Origin: Dehalococcoidia bacterium
GTDB lineage: Bacteria > Chloroflexota > Dehalococcoidia > Lucifugimonadales > GCA-2712585
Length of the DNA stretch: 64,000 nt
Assembly (NCBI GenBank): GCA_963665075.1
Contig: OY762063.1
Coordinates: 1,508,832 to 1,572,831, forward strand
Direction: 5' to 3'
Shown here: positions 37,662 to 47,631 of the stretch, piece by piece
How the letters are laid out: each line of letters begins with the position of its first letter
How positions within the stretch are numbered: position 1 is the first letter of the stretch
Program-made: the position numbers and the translations under genes
The notes under the pieces: generated by a model
What the model was told of the DNA's origin: nothing
Seen by the model: the letters and a program-made list of their open reading frames with translations, nothing else
Database searches by the model: none

Positions 37662-38057
37662 CTATTGCAGGCGGTCGATTCCGGGACAGGCGTCAAAGCC
37701 TGCGTCGAAGCTCAATATACGTTTAACTCCAGCTTTTCGCATCACTGCCACGTGCAAAGCATCCCGGGCCGATAGACCACTGACGGCTTCAAGCAACCTC
37801 CTTGCAAAGCGTACTTCCGACATGCCGAATGTCAGAACCTCTTCGGCAATTCCGTCCAAGCTCTCAAAGGCGTCGTCAATGGCGTCAGGACGCTGGATAG
37901 CCGTATACCGGTGGAGTATCTCTTGATAAACCTCGACACTGGTAACGAACCTTTCACCATCTCTCACCAACTGAGTCAATAGAGCGATTGCCCTATCCTT
38001 GTTCGGATGAGCGGTTCCCACCAGATACATTGGGACGTTGGAGTCAATGAAAATCAC
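37662..38057 (-). CDS. VapC/PIN toxin
   Basis: IFIDSNVPMY, QEILHRY, SARDALHVA, SFDAGFD. Confidence 0.9.
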   Translation of the reverse strand: MIFIDSNVPMYLVGTAHPNKDRAIALLTQLVRDGERFVTSVEVYQEILHRYTAIQRPDAIDDAFESLDGIAEEVLTFGMSEVRFARRLLEAVSGLSARDALHVAVMRKAGVKRILSFDAGFDACPGIDRLQ

Positions 38058-38299
38058 GGCAACCGGCGGCCTGCATCGATCTCCTTGAGCATATCCTCAA
38101 TATCAGCGGTTGGATACGAGTAACTAGCAGCCTTGGAGATAACGCGCAACTTGGCGTCCACGGAGTCCGGATGGTCGCTCCGTGCCCGTCGTAGAGCCTG
38201 TCGGACCCATTCGGCGAGGGTCATACGATGCCTGCGCGCGATATCCTGAATTTCCCTGTATTCTTCCTCATCGATGAGGACTTGAAGGCGCTTAGTCAT
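38054..38299 (-). CDS. CopG/RHH antitoxin
   Basis: KRLQVLIDEEE..TLAEWVRQALR; overlaps the PIN gene. Confidence 0.85.
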   Translation of the reverse strand: MTKRLQVLIDEEEYREIQDIARRHRMTLAEWVRQALRRARSDHPDSVDAKLRVISKAASYSYPTADIEDMLKEIDAGRRLP

Positions 38300-38379
38300 A
38301 CGTATAGTGTATTTGACTCATATAAGATTAGTCAAGCAGACCCAAAGGCAGTTGCCGCAAGAGTTTCCCCAACGGGGGA

Positions 38380-39243
38380 TTAGAGGTGGAGGGTATCTGA
38401 GGGTTGGGGATTGCCTCGTGCGTGGACCCTTCCTCTTCTGCGGTCGCGGAGGGCGGTGTAGGCGAGTACGGCGAGGAATATGAGGGAGGCGAAGAGGACT
38501 ACGCTGGCGCCGGATGAGACGTCCACGTACCAGCTTACGTAGATGCCCGCCAGTCCGCAGAAGGCCCCCAGAACCGTCGAAAGCATCAGCATCTTCTTGA
38601 AGGAGTTGGTGAGCAGGCGGGCGATGACGGGGGGGATGACGATGGCGGCCGCGATGAGGGTCACGCCGACCACCTGCATGGAGACGACGATGGTGGCGGC
38701 CAGGACGAGGGAAAAGACCGCGTCCACCCATCCGGTGGGGACGTTGTAGAAGCGGGCGGCTTCGGGGTCGAAGGTGGTGAATAGCAGGAGCTTGTATCCT
38801 GTAAAGAGGAAGAAGGCCGCGGCGGCGGTGACTGCCACTATGGCTGTCAGGTCGCCGGTGGAGACGCCAAGCATGTTGCCGATGAGGGCGGCCTCGAAGT
38901 CGCGGGTGAAGGTGTTGTAGCGGCTGATGATGGCGACTCCCAGGGCGAAGGAAGCGGTGGTTACGATGCCTATGGCGGAATCCGTCTCGATCTGCCGCTT
39001 GCGGATGGTCAGGATGATCAGCATGGAGGAGATGAAGCCCCAGACGGTGGCGCCGATGAAGAAGTTGATGTTGATGACGAAGCTGACGACGGCGCCGCCG
39101 AAGATGGCGTGGGAGAGGCCGTGCCCCACGTAGGCCATGCGTCGGAGGACGATGTAGACGCCGATGAGTCCGCACAGGGCGCCGACCAAGGTGGTGGCGA
39201 GGAGGCCCTTGACGAAGAAGTCGTATGTGAAGGGTTCCAGCAT
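38380..39243 (-). CDS. Metal (Zn/Mn) ABC transporter permease
   Basis: VLRRMAYVGHGLSHA, TFDPEAA, ABC-3 pattern. Confidence 0.9.
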   Translation of the reverse strand: MLEPFTYDFFVKGLLATTLVGALCGLIGVYIVLRRMAYVGHGLSHAIFGGAVVSFVININFFIGATVWGFISSMLIILTIRKRQIETDSAIGIVTTASFALGVAIISRYNTFTRDFEAALIGNMLGVSTGDLTAIVAVTAAAAFFLFTGYKLLLFTTFDPEAARFYNVPTGWVDAVFSLVLAATIVVSMQVVGVTLIAAAIVIPPVIARLLTNSFKKMLMLSTVLGAFCGLAGIYVSWYVDVSSGASVVLFASLIFLAVLAYTALRDRRRGRVHARGNPQPSDTLHL

Positions 39244-39329
39244 TTACTTGCCTTGGATTATTGGCGAGAGGGGGATTCACCCTCACCCCAACCCTCTCCC
39301 TCAAGCAAGGGAGAGGGGATTAGGGGGCG

Positions 39330-40283
39330 TCAGCGGCGATGCCCCGAGGGGGCGTGGGTATGGTCTGCGCGCCCGGAATCGCCTGAATGGGAATGCGCCG
39401 GGTCGGCGTGCTCTGAACCCGCTACGTGGGAATGGGCGGGATCCGTGTCCGCCGTCGTCCGGTTGCCGTTCGGCCCGGCGTCGGCCATGTGGTGCGGGCT
39501 TTCGCCCACCAGGGTCATGTCCATGTGCTTGATGACGGGCATTTCCGCGTTGTAGGTCAGCTTGAAGGTCTCCTGGGTGAACACTTCGGAGGGCGGGCCG
39601 CTGGCGAGGATTCGCTCGTTGAGGCAGACGACCCAGGGCAGATGGGCGGCGACGGCGTTGATCTCGTGGGTAGTCATTATGATGGTCACGCCGTGGTGGT
39701 TAAGCTCGTGGAGGAGGTGTAGGAATTCGTCGCGGGTCTTGATGTCATTGCCGGTGGTGGGCTCGTCCAGCAGCAGCAGGCTGGGATTGCTGACGAGGGC
39801 CCTGGCTACGAAGACGCGCTGCTGCTGTCCGCCGGAAAGCTCCCGGATGTGCCGCTTCCGCAGATGGTCGATGCTGAGGCGCTCCAGCATCCGGGTTACG
39901 ACCTCGCGGTCCCTGCGCCGGTTCCAGGGGAAGAGGGGGTTGAACATGGTGAGGCCCATCATGACGGTTTCTTCCACGGTGACGGGAAAGTTCCAGTCGA
40001 TGGTCTTGAGTTGGGGGACGTAGCCGATGCGGGGCGCGCCGCGGCTGGTGGACACCCCCTGGACAATGACGTCGCCCTGATAGACGTCGACGGCGCCCAG
40101 GATGGCGCGGAGGAGGGTGGTCTTGCCGGAACCGCTGGGGCCGAGGAGTCCGACGAAGTCGCCGGGCATGAGCTTCAGGTCCACGTCGTGGATGACCGGA
40201 GAGCCGCCGTAGCCGCAGCTGACGCCGCGGAGTTCCACGGCGGGGGCGCCGTTGGACAGCCTGTGAGGGATGGGATGAAGCAT
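39330..40283 (-). CDS. Metal ABC transporter ATP-binding protein with His-rich tail
   Basis: GPSGSGKTT, GYVPQ, LSGGQQQRV, LLDEPT. Confidence 0.9.
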   Translation of the reverse strand: MLHPIPHRLSNGAPAVELRGVSCGYGGSPVIHDVDLKLMPGDFVGLLGPSGSGKTTLLRAILGAVDVYQGDVIVQGVSTSRGAPRIGYVPQLKTIDWNFPVTVEETVMMGLTMFNPLFPWNRRRDREVVTRMLERLSIDHLRKRHIRELSGGQQQRVFVARALVSNPSLLLLDEPTTGNDIKTRDEFLHLLHELNHHGVTIIMTTHEINAVAAHLPWVVCLNERILASGPPSEVFTQETFKLTYNAEMPVIKHMDMTLVGESPHHMADAGPNGNRTTADTDPAHSHVAGSEHADPAHSHSGDSGRADHTHAPSGHRR

Positions 40284-40295
40284 GTCTTCTCCGTT

Positions 40296-41321
40296 CTACT
40301 GTGGATAGACGGCGCCGCTCTCGCCCTGGAAGACCGGGCCGGCGTCGAATCCGTCCAGAGCGGACGCGTCGCCGCCTAGCGCGGTGACGATTACCCGGGC
40401 GTTGGTGAGCATCATGCCGAGGTAGCTATGGAGGGGATCGCCGGGCGCGCCGGGGAGGTCGTCGTCCCTGAGTTGGTCTACGAAATCGGCGCCGCTTTCT
40501 TTGGCTATCTGCTCCATGACGTCGCTGGGAAAGACGGCGGAGCCGAAGATGGCGGGGACGCCGCTGTCGCGCACCTGGTTGATGAGTCCGGCCACCTCGC
40601 GGGCGGAGGGCTGGCTGAAGTCGGAGGGCTGGAGGGCGCCGATTACCTCCATGCCGTAGCGGGGCGCGAAGAAGGGGAAGGAGTCGTGGTAGGTGAGCAG
40701 CTTGCGGTTCTGGGGAGGAATGGTTTGAACGGCGGCCTCTATTCGCCGGTCGAGGTCGATGATACGAGCTTCCAGCTTGCGGTAGTTTTCGGAGAAATAG
40801 TCGGCGTTGTCGGAGTCGAGGGCCGCAAGGCGTTCCTTCACTATCTCGGCGTAGCGGAGGGCCAGCAGGGGTGCGGTCCAGAGGTGGGGGTTGGGATGAC
40901 CGCCGGATTCGGGGAAGGAGAAGTCGAAGACCCACTGGTCGCGGGTGATGGCCTTGTCCGCCAGGGTGAGGATTTCCGCTTCGTCCTGCTTGCTGGCCTC
41001 GGCCAATTCCAGGAAGGGTTCTTCCAGAAAGAGGCCGTTGAGGATGATGAGGTCCGCGTGGGAGAGGGCGCGGGCGACGGAGGGGGGCGGGTCGAAGGTG
41101 TGGGAGTTGACGCCTTCCGGTATGACGCCTTCGAGGGCGATGCGGCTGCCGCCGACGTTTTCGACGAGGCTGGTAATGGGGGCGACGGAACTGACGACGC
41201 GAAAGCGTCCGTCGGAATCGGCCTCTTCTTCGCCGCCGCAGGCCTGGGCGAGGAGGAGCAGCAGGGCGGCGACCAGGAAGGGGATTGTTCGCGCGAGCAG
41301 GGGCTTGGGCAGGTCAGGCAT
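40296..41321 (-). CDS. Metal ABC substrate-binding lipoprotein (ZnuA/TroA family)
   Basis: Lipobox AQAC; NSHTF, NPHLW, TYHDSF; ATG overlaps the Fur gene end. Confidence 0.88.
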   Translation of the reverse strand: MPDLPKPLLARTIPFLVAALLLLLAQACGGEEEADSDGRFRVVSSVAPITSLVENVGGSRIALEGVIPEGVNSHTFDPPPSVARALSHADLIILNGLFLEEPFLELAEASKQDEAEILTLADKAITRDQWVFDFSFPESGGHPNPHLWTAPLLALRYAEIVKERLAALDSDNADYFSENYRKLEARIIDLDRRIEAAVQTIPPQNRKLLTYHDSFPFFAPRYGMEVIGALQPSDFSQPSAREVAGLINQVRDSGVPAIFGSAVFPSDVMEQIAKESGADFVDQLRDDDLPGAPGDPLHSYLGMMLTNARVIVTALGGDASALDGFDAGPVFQGESGAVYPQ

Positions 41322-41757
41322 CGGGGGCGCGGCCTTCCGGGTCGTTGCAGTTGGAGCAGGTGCCTGAGACGGTGAAGTTGTCCAGGTCGGGCGTGAAGTT
41401 GAACTCGGAGGTGAGGGCGCTGCGGAATTCGTCCAGGTAGTCGGGGGCGAGATCGTAGGCGACGGCGCATGAGCGGCATACCATATGGTGGTGCTTGGCG
41501 TCGGGGTCGGTGATTTCGAAGTGGAGGCGGTCGCCGATGGCGACTTCGGTGACGACGCCAATGCGCTTGAAGAGATGGAGGGTGCGATAGACGGTGGCGA
41601 TGTCCATGTAAGGATAGGTTTCGCGAGCCTTGCGGAAGACTTCGTCGACGCCCATGTGGCCGCCGCCCTGGGAGACGGCGTTGAGGATGAGGAGCCGCTG
41701 GGGCGTGAGGCGGACGCCGCTTTCACGGAGATGTTGGAGGATGTCTTGTTGAGTCAT
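41314..41757 (-). CDS. Fur/Zur-family regulator
   Basis: RLTPQR, ATVYRTL, HHHMVCRSC, GTCSNC. Confidence 0.92.
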   Translation of the reverse strand: MTQQDILQHLRESGVRLTPQRLLILNAVSQGGGHMGVDEVFRKARETYPYMDIATVYRTLHLFKRIGVVTEVAIGDRLHFEITDPDAKHHHMVCRSCAVAYDLAPDYLDEFRSALTSEFNFTPDLDNFTVSGTCSNCNDPEGRAPDA

Positions 41758-41774
41758 GGCGCAAGGGGTATCAG

Positions 41775-41790
41775 TTGCAATTGGTTGCGA
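41775..41790. promoter_or_regulatory. Candidate Fur/Zur operator
   Basis: Imperfect palindrome TTGCAA-TTGG-TTGCGA 17 nt upstream of the fur start. Confidence 0.45.
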
Positions 41791-41894
41791 ATGCTTATAG
41801 TAACAGGAAGGGAAGGGATGTCAAGAGAGGGGGGAGTTTCACCCCCCATCGAGGCGGGAGGGAGAAGATGGGACGGATTCCAAGGGATATGGTC

Positions 41895-42464
41895 TCAACC
41901 CTCCTGGGAGCGGCGCTGGCGGCGGGCCTGGCGCATGAAGTGGCGCAGGAGGGCGCCGTCGAAGCCCAGGGCCGCGGCGTGTTGGGCGGCCGACTCGGCG
42001 GCGTCTTCGTCGCCCAGGTATGCGTGGGCGAGGGCGCCGATGGCGTAGGCGGAGGGGGATTGGTCGTTCAGTTCCAGTGTTCTGGCCACGTCCTCCAGGG
42101 CCATTTCCGGGCGTCCCAACTCCCATAGCGCGGCGGCGCGGTTGTTGTAGGCGTCGGCGTGGTTGGGGTTGAGACGCACGGCGTTGGAGAAGTCCTCCAC
42201 GGCGGGCAGCTGCTCCTTCAGGTGGACGTGGGCGAGGCCGCGGTTGTAGTAGGCCTCGGCGTTGTCGGGGTCGAGACGGAGAACCTGGTCGAAGTCGCGG
42301 ATGGCGAGGATGGGTTCGACAAGCTGGCCGTAGAGGACGCCGCGGCGGTAGTATGCGCCGGCGTCGGCGGGGTCTTCTTCGATGATGGTCGTCAATTCCG
42401 TAACGGACTGGTGAAGACGCTGAATCTCGGCGTCGGCGTTATCGTTAGGCTGAGGAGATTGCAT
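41895..42464 (-). CDS. Tetratricopeptide repeat protein
   Basis: Repeated AYYxRG / AYNNRA TPR units. Confidence 0.88.
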   Translation of the reverse strand: MQSPQPNDNADAEIQRLHQSVTELTTIIEEDPADAGAYYRRGVLYGQLVEPILAIRDFDQVLRLDPDNAEAYYNRGLAHVHLKEQLPAVEDFSNAVRLNPNHADAYNNRAAALWELGRPEMALEDVARTLELNDQSPSAYAIGALAHAYLGDEDAAESAAQHAAALGFDGALLRHFMRQARRQRRSQEG

Positions 42465-42496
42465 AAGGAAGAGTCAAAGTGGATGAGAAATGAAAG

Positions 42497-42570
42497 TCGG
42501 GGAGCCGGGATTTGAACCCGGGGCCTCTACGTCCCGAACGTAGCGCGCTGCCAAACTGCGCCACTCCCCG
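42497..42570 (-). tRNA. tRNA-Pro(CGG)
   Basis: CGGGGAG acceptor, CTACG-TTCGGGA-CGTAG, GGTTCAAATCCC; CCA not encoded. Confidence 0.95.
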
Positions 42571-42761
42571 TAGATGTGGACAACCCTGTAATTGTAGCCG
42601 TCGAGGGGCGGATGGGGCAAGGGGCAAGGGTTGACAGTGCAACAACTCAATGATAAGTTTACGGCTACTTCAAACGCGCCTCTGGATTTCTAGGAGGGGC
42701 GGCCCGTTGGTGCGGGTTCGATTATCAGGGTTAAGCCAAAACTTCTACACTAGGAGGCAAC

Positions 42762-44582
42762 ATGGTGACCTTACCCAGCAAACTACTAAGAAAGAGTGCG
42801 CTATTGGCCTTGCTGGTCGCGGCGTCGCTGGCGCTGGTGATAGCGGCCTGCGGCACGGACGACGACGATGACGACGCGGCCCCCGCGCCTGCGGCCACGA
42901 TGGCGCCCACGGCGGCGCCCGCCACCGCAGCGCCGGCGCCCACGGCGGCCCCAACGCCGGCGCCCACCCCGGAGCCTGAGCCGGAACTCGTGAGCCCCAG
43001 GCTCATCGTCTCCATGGCGCCGCCCACCCACCAGGTGAGGCTGCCGTACATGACGTTCCAGAGCTCCAGCGGACCTCTCCACAACCTGTATGACTACATG
43101 GTTGGCAAGGAACGCAAGACCGCCGCCGTGGAGAACACCCACGTCGCCGAGTCCTGGGAGGTCGATGAGACCGCCAAAATCTGGACCTTCCAGATGAAGG
43201 AAGGCATCCCCTACTACATGAACGGGGAAGCCAGCGACATCATGTTCGACCCCATAGACATTCGTTGGACGTGGTTGTTGCAGGCAGGCACGGAGTCCGA
43301 AAGGTCCAACAACTCCGGCACCTACGGCCCCTGGCTGGCCACCGAAGACGGCAGCGACATTGTCATCGATGGCAACACTGTCACCTTCAATTTGGACATC
43401 GTTCACCCGGACATGAACGTCTACGTGTCAGAGGACTGGACGTTCGGCCTCATCAGCAAGGAGTACTGGGATTCCGTAGGCGGCGAGGATGGCTACATCG
43501 ACCATCCCATCGGCATGGGCGCCTTCAGCTTCGTGGAGTACGTGGACAACCAGCACTTCCTGCTGGAGAAGAACGTCGGCCACTACCGCAAGGAGCCCTA
43601 CTTCGACGAGCTTATGTTCCTGTGGAACAAGGAGCCCGCGACTATCCAGGCCCAGCTGCTGACCGACGAGGTGCACATTGGAGTGCTGCCGACCGACCAG
43701 CATGACCTGGTAATATCCGAGGGCTTGAAGATTGCCAAGAGCACTCTGCCCAGCTTCCACATGTGGGGCACCATACCCTACTACCAGCCCGTGGGCTTCA
43801 GGGGCGGTGAGACTCCCAACTATGACGAGACGGTTCCGACCCGGAACGTCAAGGTAAGGGAAGCTCTGAACATAGCCATCGACCGGGCGAAGATTAACGA
43901 GTCCTTCTTCAAGAACGACGCCATTCCCAGCGCGGTTTCGCACATGGCGGAGTGGTGGGACTTCTTCCAGGACCGTTGGGCGCCCTATCCCGGCCCCGAC
44001 GGCAAGACCGGCGCGGCTGGCGGCTGGCCGTATCCCTACGACCCGGAAAGAGCCAAGGAGTTGCTGGCAGAGGCCGGCTATCCCGAAGGCTTCGAGCTGG
44101 ACTTCTTCGCTCCCACCAACCTGGGCGGCTTGCCGGAGATCCCGGACGTTGGAGAAGCCATAACTGCCATGTGGGAAGAGATCGGCATCAAGGTCAACCT
44201 GACAGTTTCGGAGTACGCCCCCGTTCAGGCCATGTACAGCGACCGCGCCATGAACGGAAAGATCGGCATGATTCGCTGGTCCCTGAACCCGCCGTCGGCG
44301 GGCATGGGCTGGCTGTGGTACGAGGCCACCAGGCCCTACTACGAGTACCAGTTCATCACGGACTGGAAGCGAAACGTGGACACCATCGCCGACCCCGACA
44401 TTCGGGTGCAGGAGTTCATCAAGCTTGGTGACTTCTGGTACGACAACTACCTGAGCATCCCCTTGCTGTGGGTGTTCGGCAAGGCCGTCTTCAACCCGTC
44501 CGTGCTGGAAGGCTACGAGGTCAGCCACGTGCACTTCGGCCCCGTTCGCTACCACGAGTACACCGTACCCGTCTACCAGTAA
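42762..44582 (+). CDS. Orphan ABC substrate-binding lipoprotein, family 5
   Basis: Lipobox IAAC, Pro/Ala/Thr linker, VAESWEV, VREALNIAIDR, YDPERAKELLAEAGYP. Confidence 0.88.
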   Translation: MVTLPSKLLRKSALLALLVAASLALVIAACGTDDDDDDAAPAPAATMAPTAAPATAAPAPTAAPTPAPTPEPEPELVSPRLIVSMAPPTHQVRLPYMTFQSSSGPLHNLYDYMVGKERKTAAVENTHVAESWEVDETAKIWTFQMKEGIPYYMNGEASDIMFDPIDIRWTWLLQAGTESERSNNSGTYGPWLATEDGSDIVIDGNTVTFNLDIVHPDMNVYVSEDWTFGLISKEYWDSVGGEDGYIDHPIGMGAFSFVEYVDNQHFLLEKNVGHYRKEPYFDELMFLWNKEPATIQAQLLTDEVHIGVLPTDQHDLVISEGLKIAKSTLPSFHMWGTIPYYQPVGFRGGETPNYDETVPTRNVKVREALNIAIDRAKINESFFKNDAIPSAVSHMAEWWDFFQDRWAPYPGPDGKTGAAGGWPYPYDPERAKELLAEAGYPEGFELDFFAPTNLGGLPEIPDVGEAITAMWEEIGIKVNLTVSEYAPVQAMYSDRAMNGKIGMIRWSLNPPSAGMGWLWYEATRPYYEYQFITDWKRNVDTIADPDIRVQEFIKLGDFWYDNYLSIPLLWVFGKAVFNPSVLEGYEVSHVHFGPVRYHEYTVPVYQ

Positions 44583-44619
44583 ACCCGTCGCGAGACGGTA
44601 GGCAATCAGAGAACGCTGT

Positions 44620-44653
44620 GCCCCGGCCCCTCCCTTTAGTGGGGGCCGGGGCG
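44620..44653 (+). terminator. GC-rich hairpin after the SBP gene
   Basis: GCCCCGGCCCC..GGGGCCGGGGC. Confidence 0.5.
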
Positions 44654-44672
44654 CAGGAAACGCCCCACCCCG

Positions 44673-45257
44673 TTGTCGCAAGGAGGCAACGTCATAGGAC
44701 GCACTAGCGGAATCCCCCTGTCCACCCTCTTCGGATCCCTCGGACGCGGTCGCCGGGCCCTTCCGGCTCTTGTCGCCGCGTTGCTTCTTCTGAGTTGTCT
44801 CGCCCTGGTAGCCTGCGGCGGCGGGGACGGCGATGACGGGGGAACAGGGACTACGGACCAACAGGCGACGCCTTCGGGCGGGGCGGCTCCGGCAACCCCA
44901 ACTCCGGCCAGCGGCGGGCTGACTCCCACCGGGACCTTCACGGAGGAGGAACTGATTCTGCCGCAACAGTGGGAGTCGTTCGAAGTAGAATTGGTCTTGG
45001 GAGATCGAGTCGTTGCTACGTACACTTCGGTTCCCAAGGCCGTAGGGGGATTCGCCGAATCCGGGGCCGAGGGCAGGCCGGGGCTAATCTTCAACGTGAA
45101 CGATCCTATCGGCGATTCCATCTATCAAGGGGATCAGTTGGCGGACGGCGGCACGGAGTTTACCGCAGAGCTGGACGGAACCTACGAATTGACCTTCCTG
45201 AACCCGGTGGTCCGAAACCTGCAGGAAGTCAAGCTGGAATACACAATCAACCCATAG
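44673..45257 (+). CDS. Hypothetical lipoprotein (GOLD/emp24-like beta sandwich; start uncertain)
   Basis: Lipobox LVAC; F.V.DP.G..FTA..DGTYELTF.N pattern. Confidence 0.6.
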   Translation: MSQGGNVIGRTSGIPLSTLFGSLGRGRRALPALVAALLLLSCLALVACGGGDGDDGGTGTTDQQATPSGGAAPATPTPASGGLTPTGTFTEEELILPQQWESFEVELVLGDRVVATYTSVPKAVGGFAESGAEGRPGLIFNVNDPIGDSIYQGDQLADGGTEFTAELDGTYELTFLNPVVRNLQEVKLEYTINP

Positions 45258-45385
45258 AGATTTCCTCAACACACTAAAGAAGAATGACCGCCCTGGCGGT
45301 TGCCAGCCCAGCATTGATACGAGGCGCTGCGACGGTTACGGCGGTTTTGCTTTTGTGGGGGAGGGAGGGTTGGCGGCGGTTATGC

Positions 45386-46897
45386 CTAACGGCGGATGAG
45401 GTCTGAGATTTTTTCGCCGATCATGATGCAGGTGGCGTTGGGATTCACGCGAACCACGTCAGGCATGATGGAGGCGTCGGCGACGCGCAGGCCCTCAAGT
45501 CCGTGGACGCGTCCGTACTGGTCGACAACCGCCATCGGGTCGGCGGCGGGGCCCATCTTGCAGGTGCCGGAGGAGTGGTGGCCCGTGGTTACGTTCTCCA
45601 GAATCCATTGATTCAAGGACTCCTCCGACGCCATTTCTGCGTCGTTGGGGGCGGCGCGTTCGGCCAGCAAGCCTTTCATGGCAGGACTCTCCGCCAATTC
45701 CATCGCAAGGTGTACGCCTTCCCGCACGCGGGCCAGGTCCCAGTCGTCCTGCAGGTAGTTGTATTCGAGATGGGGCGGCGCTGAAACGTCGGCGGAGGTG
45801 AGGGTGAGCCGTCCCGCGCCGCGGGCGTATTCGAGGCAGGCGCTCAGGCGGGTGTGAGGGACGCCATCGAAGACCCAGCGGTTGTCCACGCTGATGGACA
45901 TGTCATGGGGAGTGTCGGAGCCTGTGGCGGTGTAACGGAGGAAGGCGACGGTCAATAGGGAGTCCTTAGGCGTCATTGAAGCGTCCCGGTACATGACGCC
46001 GGAGACTGGGTGATTTCGCAGGTTCCTACCCACTCCTGGAAGGCGATGCTTCGTTTCGATGCCCATTTCGACCAGGTGGTCTTCGGGGCCGATGCCGGAG
46101 CGCATGAGTAGCATGGGGGAGCCGAAGGCCCCGGCGCTGCAAACGATTTCGTGGCCGTAGACGCGGAATGTCTGCCCGTCGCTGATTACTTCGACGCCGA
46201 CGGCGCGGTTTCCTTCCAGGAGAATCCTACGCACCAGGGCGTTGCCGCGGATGGTCAGGTTGAGGCGATGCCGGGCGGGGTCCAGGTATGCCATAGAGGT
46301 GTTGACGCGGAGGCCGCCGACGTTGCTGACGGGGTAGGCGCCAACGCCGGCGGCGTCAGGTAGGTTCACGTCGAGGCTTTCGGGGAAGCCCTTGTCGAGG
46401 CAGGCCTGGTAGAAGGCGCGCAGGTTCGGTTCCCACTCGGATTGTGGGACCCGTCGCACTGGCAGAGGGCCGTTCTTGTTGTGGAAGTCGCCGCCGAAGT
46501 CCAGGTCGCGCTCGATGCGGAGGTAGCAGGGTAGGACGTTCCGGTAGGACCATTCGGGGTTGCCCCATTCCGCCCAGGAATCAAAGTCGTGGGTGGCGCC
46601 GCGGAGGAAGATGGAGCTGTTGATTGTGCTGGTGCCGCCCATAGCCCGGCCGGAGGGCATGAGCATGGGTTCGGTCTTTTGGGGGTTGGCGCGGGCGGCG
46701 TAGTTGCGGACGTGGGGGTCTTCGTAGCCGGCCATGACGTGATAGCCGCGGGCAAGGAGTTCGGGCAGGCGCTCGGCGTTGGGGTAGTCCGGCCCGTCCT
46801 CCAGGAGCAGGACGGAGCGGTTGGGGTCTTCGGAGAGGCGGGCGGCGAGGGGAGCGCCGGCGGAACCGGCGCCGATGACTATGACGTCGTAGCGCAA
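45386..46897 (-). CDS. GMC family oxidoreductase
   Basis: GAGSAG, GRAMGGTSTIN, SPMLLMRSGIG, HHSSGTCKMG, LRVADASIMP. Confidence 0.92.
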   Translation of the reverse strand: MRYDVIVIGAGSAGAPLAARLSEDPNRSVLLLEDGPDYPNAERLPELLARGYHVMAGYEDPHVRNYAARANPQKTEPMLMPSGRAMGGTSTINSSIFLRGATHDFDSWAEWGNPEWSYRNVLPCYLRIERDLDFGGDFHNKNGPLPVRRVPQSEWEPNLRAFYQACLDKGFPESLDVNLPDAAGVGAYPVSNVGGLRVNTSMAYLDPARHRLNLTIRGNALVRRILLEGNRAVGVEVISDGQTFRVYGHEIVCSAGAFGSPMLLMRSGIGPEDHLVEMGIETKHRLPGVGRNLRNHPVSGVMYRDASMTPKDSLLTVAFLRYTATGSDTPHDMSISVDNRWVFDGVPHTRLSACLEYARGAGRLTLTSADVSAPPHLEYNYLQDDWDLARVREGVHLAMELAESPAMKGLLAERAAPNDAEMASEESLNQWILENVTTGHHSSGTCKMGPAADPMAVVDQYGRVHGLEGLRVADASIMPDVVRVNPNATCIMIGEKISDLIRR

Positions 46898-47033
46898 GGG
46901 GGGAACCTCCGATGTGGGTTTGGCGAAGGGGGAATCACCCCCATCCTAACCTTCCTCCATCTCAGGGGAAAGGGACAAGAGGGGATGGATTCCCGCCTGC
47001 GCGGGAAGGACGAAGGGGATTTGGGTGTGGGGG

Positions 47034-47591
47034 TTACTGCTTGGATTCCATGCGGGAAAGGATGTCGCGGATTTCCGCCAGGAGTTCGATGGTGACGGCG
47101 GGGGCTGCGGCCTGGGCCGCGGCGGCGCTTGTGGTTTCCGCCCCGCCTTCCAGAACCATCTGTCGCTGACGAAGGATGGCGTCCCGCAAGGCGACGGCGT
47201 CCACCACGCCGACGAGGTCTCCCTCGCTGCCGCCGTCCTGTCCGGAGCCGCCCGCGGTCTCAATCTTGAGGCCGCGAATGCCGCAATAGCGCATCCAGGG
47301 GTCGTCGTGGAGACGAACATCGGTCACGCGATTGAGGGGTATGGTCGCCTCCTTGCGGAAGAAGACGCCCTTGTTCACCTGGATGGCGTTGGTGGTGAGA
47401 CGGGCGGACATGCGCCGCAGGTATTCGGGGGTGTACCACCGGGCGAAAAGCAATCCGAAGGGGATGAACGGGATGCCGACGACGGTGATTACCATGAAGA
47501 ATACCAGCACGCCGGCCAGGTATTTCTTCACCATAGGGTCGAATTCGGCGATTTGGATGGTTTCGCCTGTGACGTCAGGCTGGTCAATCAT
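47034..47591 (-). CDS. Bacterial PH-domain (bPH_2) membrane protein
   Basis: Two TM helices, KGVFFRKE.TIPL.RV, IETAG. Confidence 0.75.
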   Translation of the reverse strand: MIDQPDVTGETIQIAEFDPMVKKYLAGVLVFFMVITVVGIPFIPFGLLFARWYTPEYLRRMSARLTTNAIQVNKGVFFRKEATIPLNRVTDVRLHDDPWMRYCGIRGLKIETAGGSGQDGGSEGDLVGVVDAVALRDAILRQRQMVLEGGAETTSAAAAQAAAPAVTIELLAEIRDILSRMESKQ

Positions 47592-47631
47592 TATGGATCT
47601 CCTTTCGAGAGTGAGTTGATGGAGAAGGGTA

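Noticed and set aside
42660-42740. tRNA-like or riboswitch element upstream of the orphan SBP (GGGTTCGATT)
   Set aside because: Only two short hairpins; no cloverleaf or known aptamer consensus
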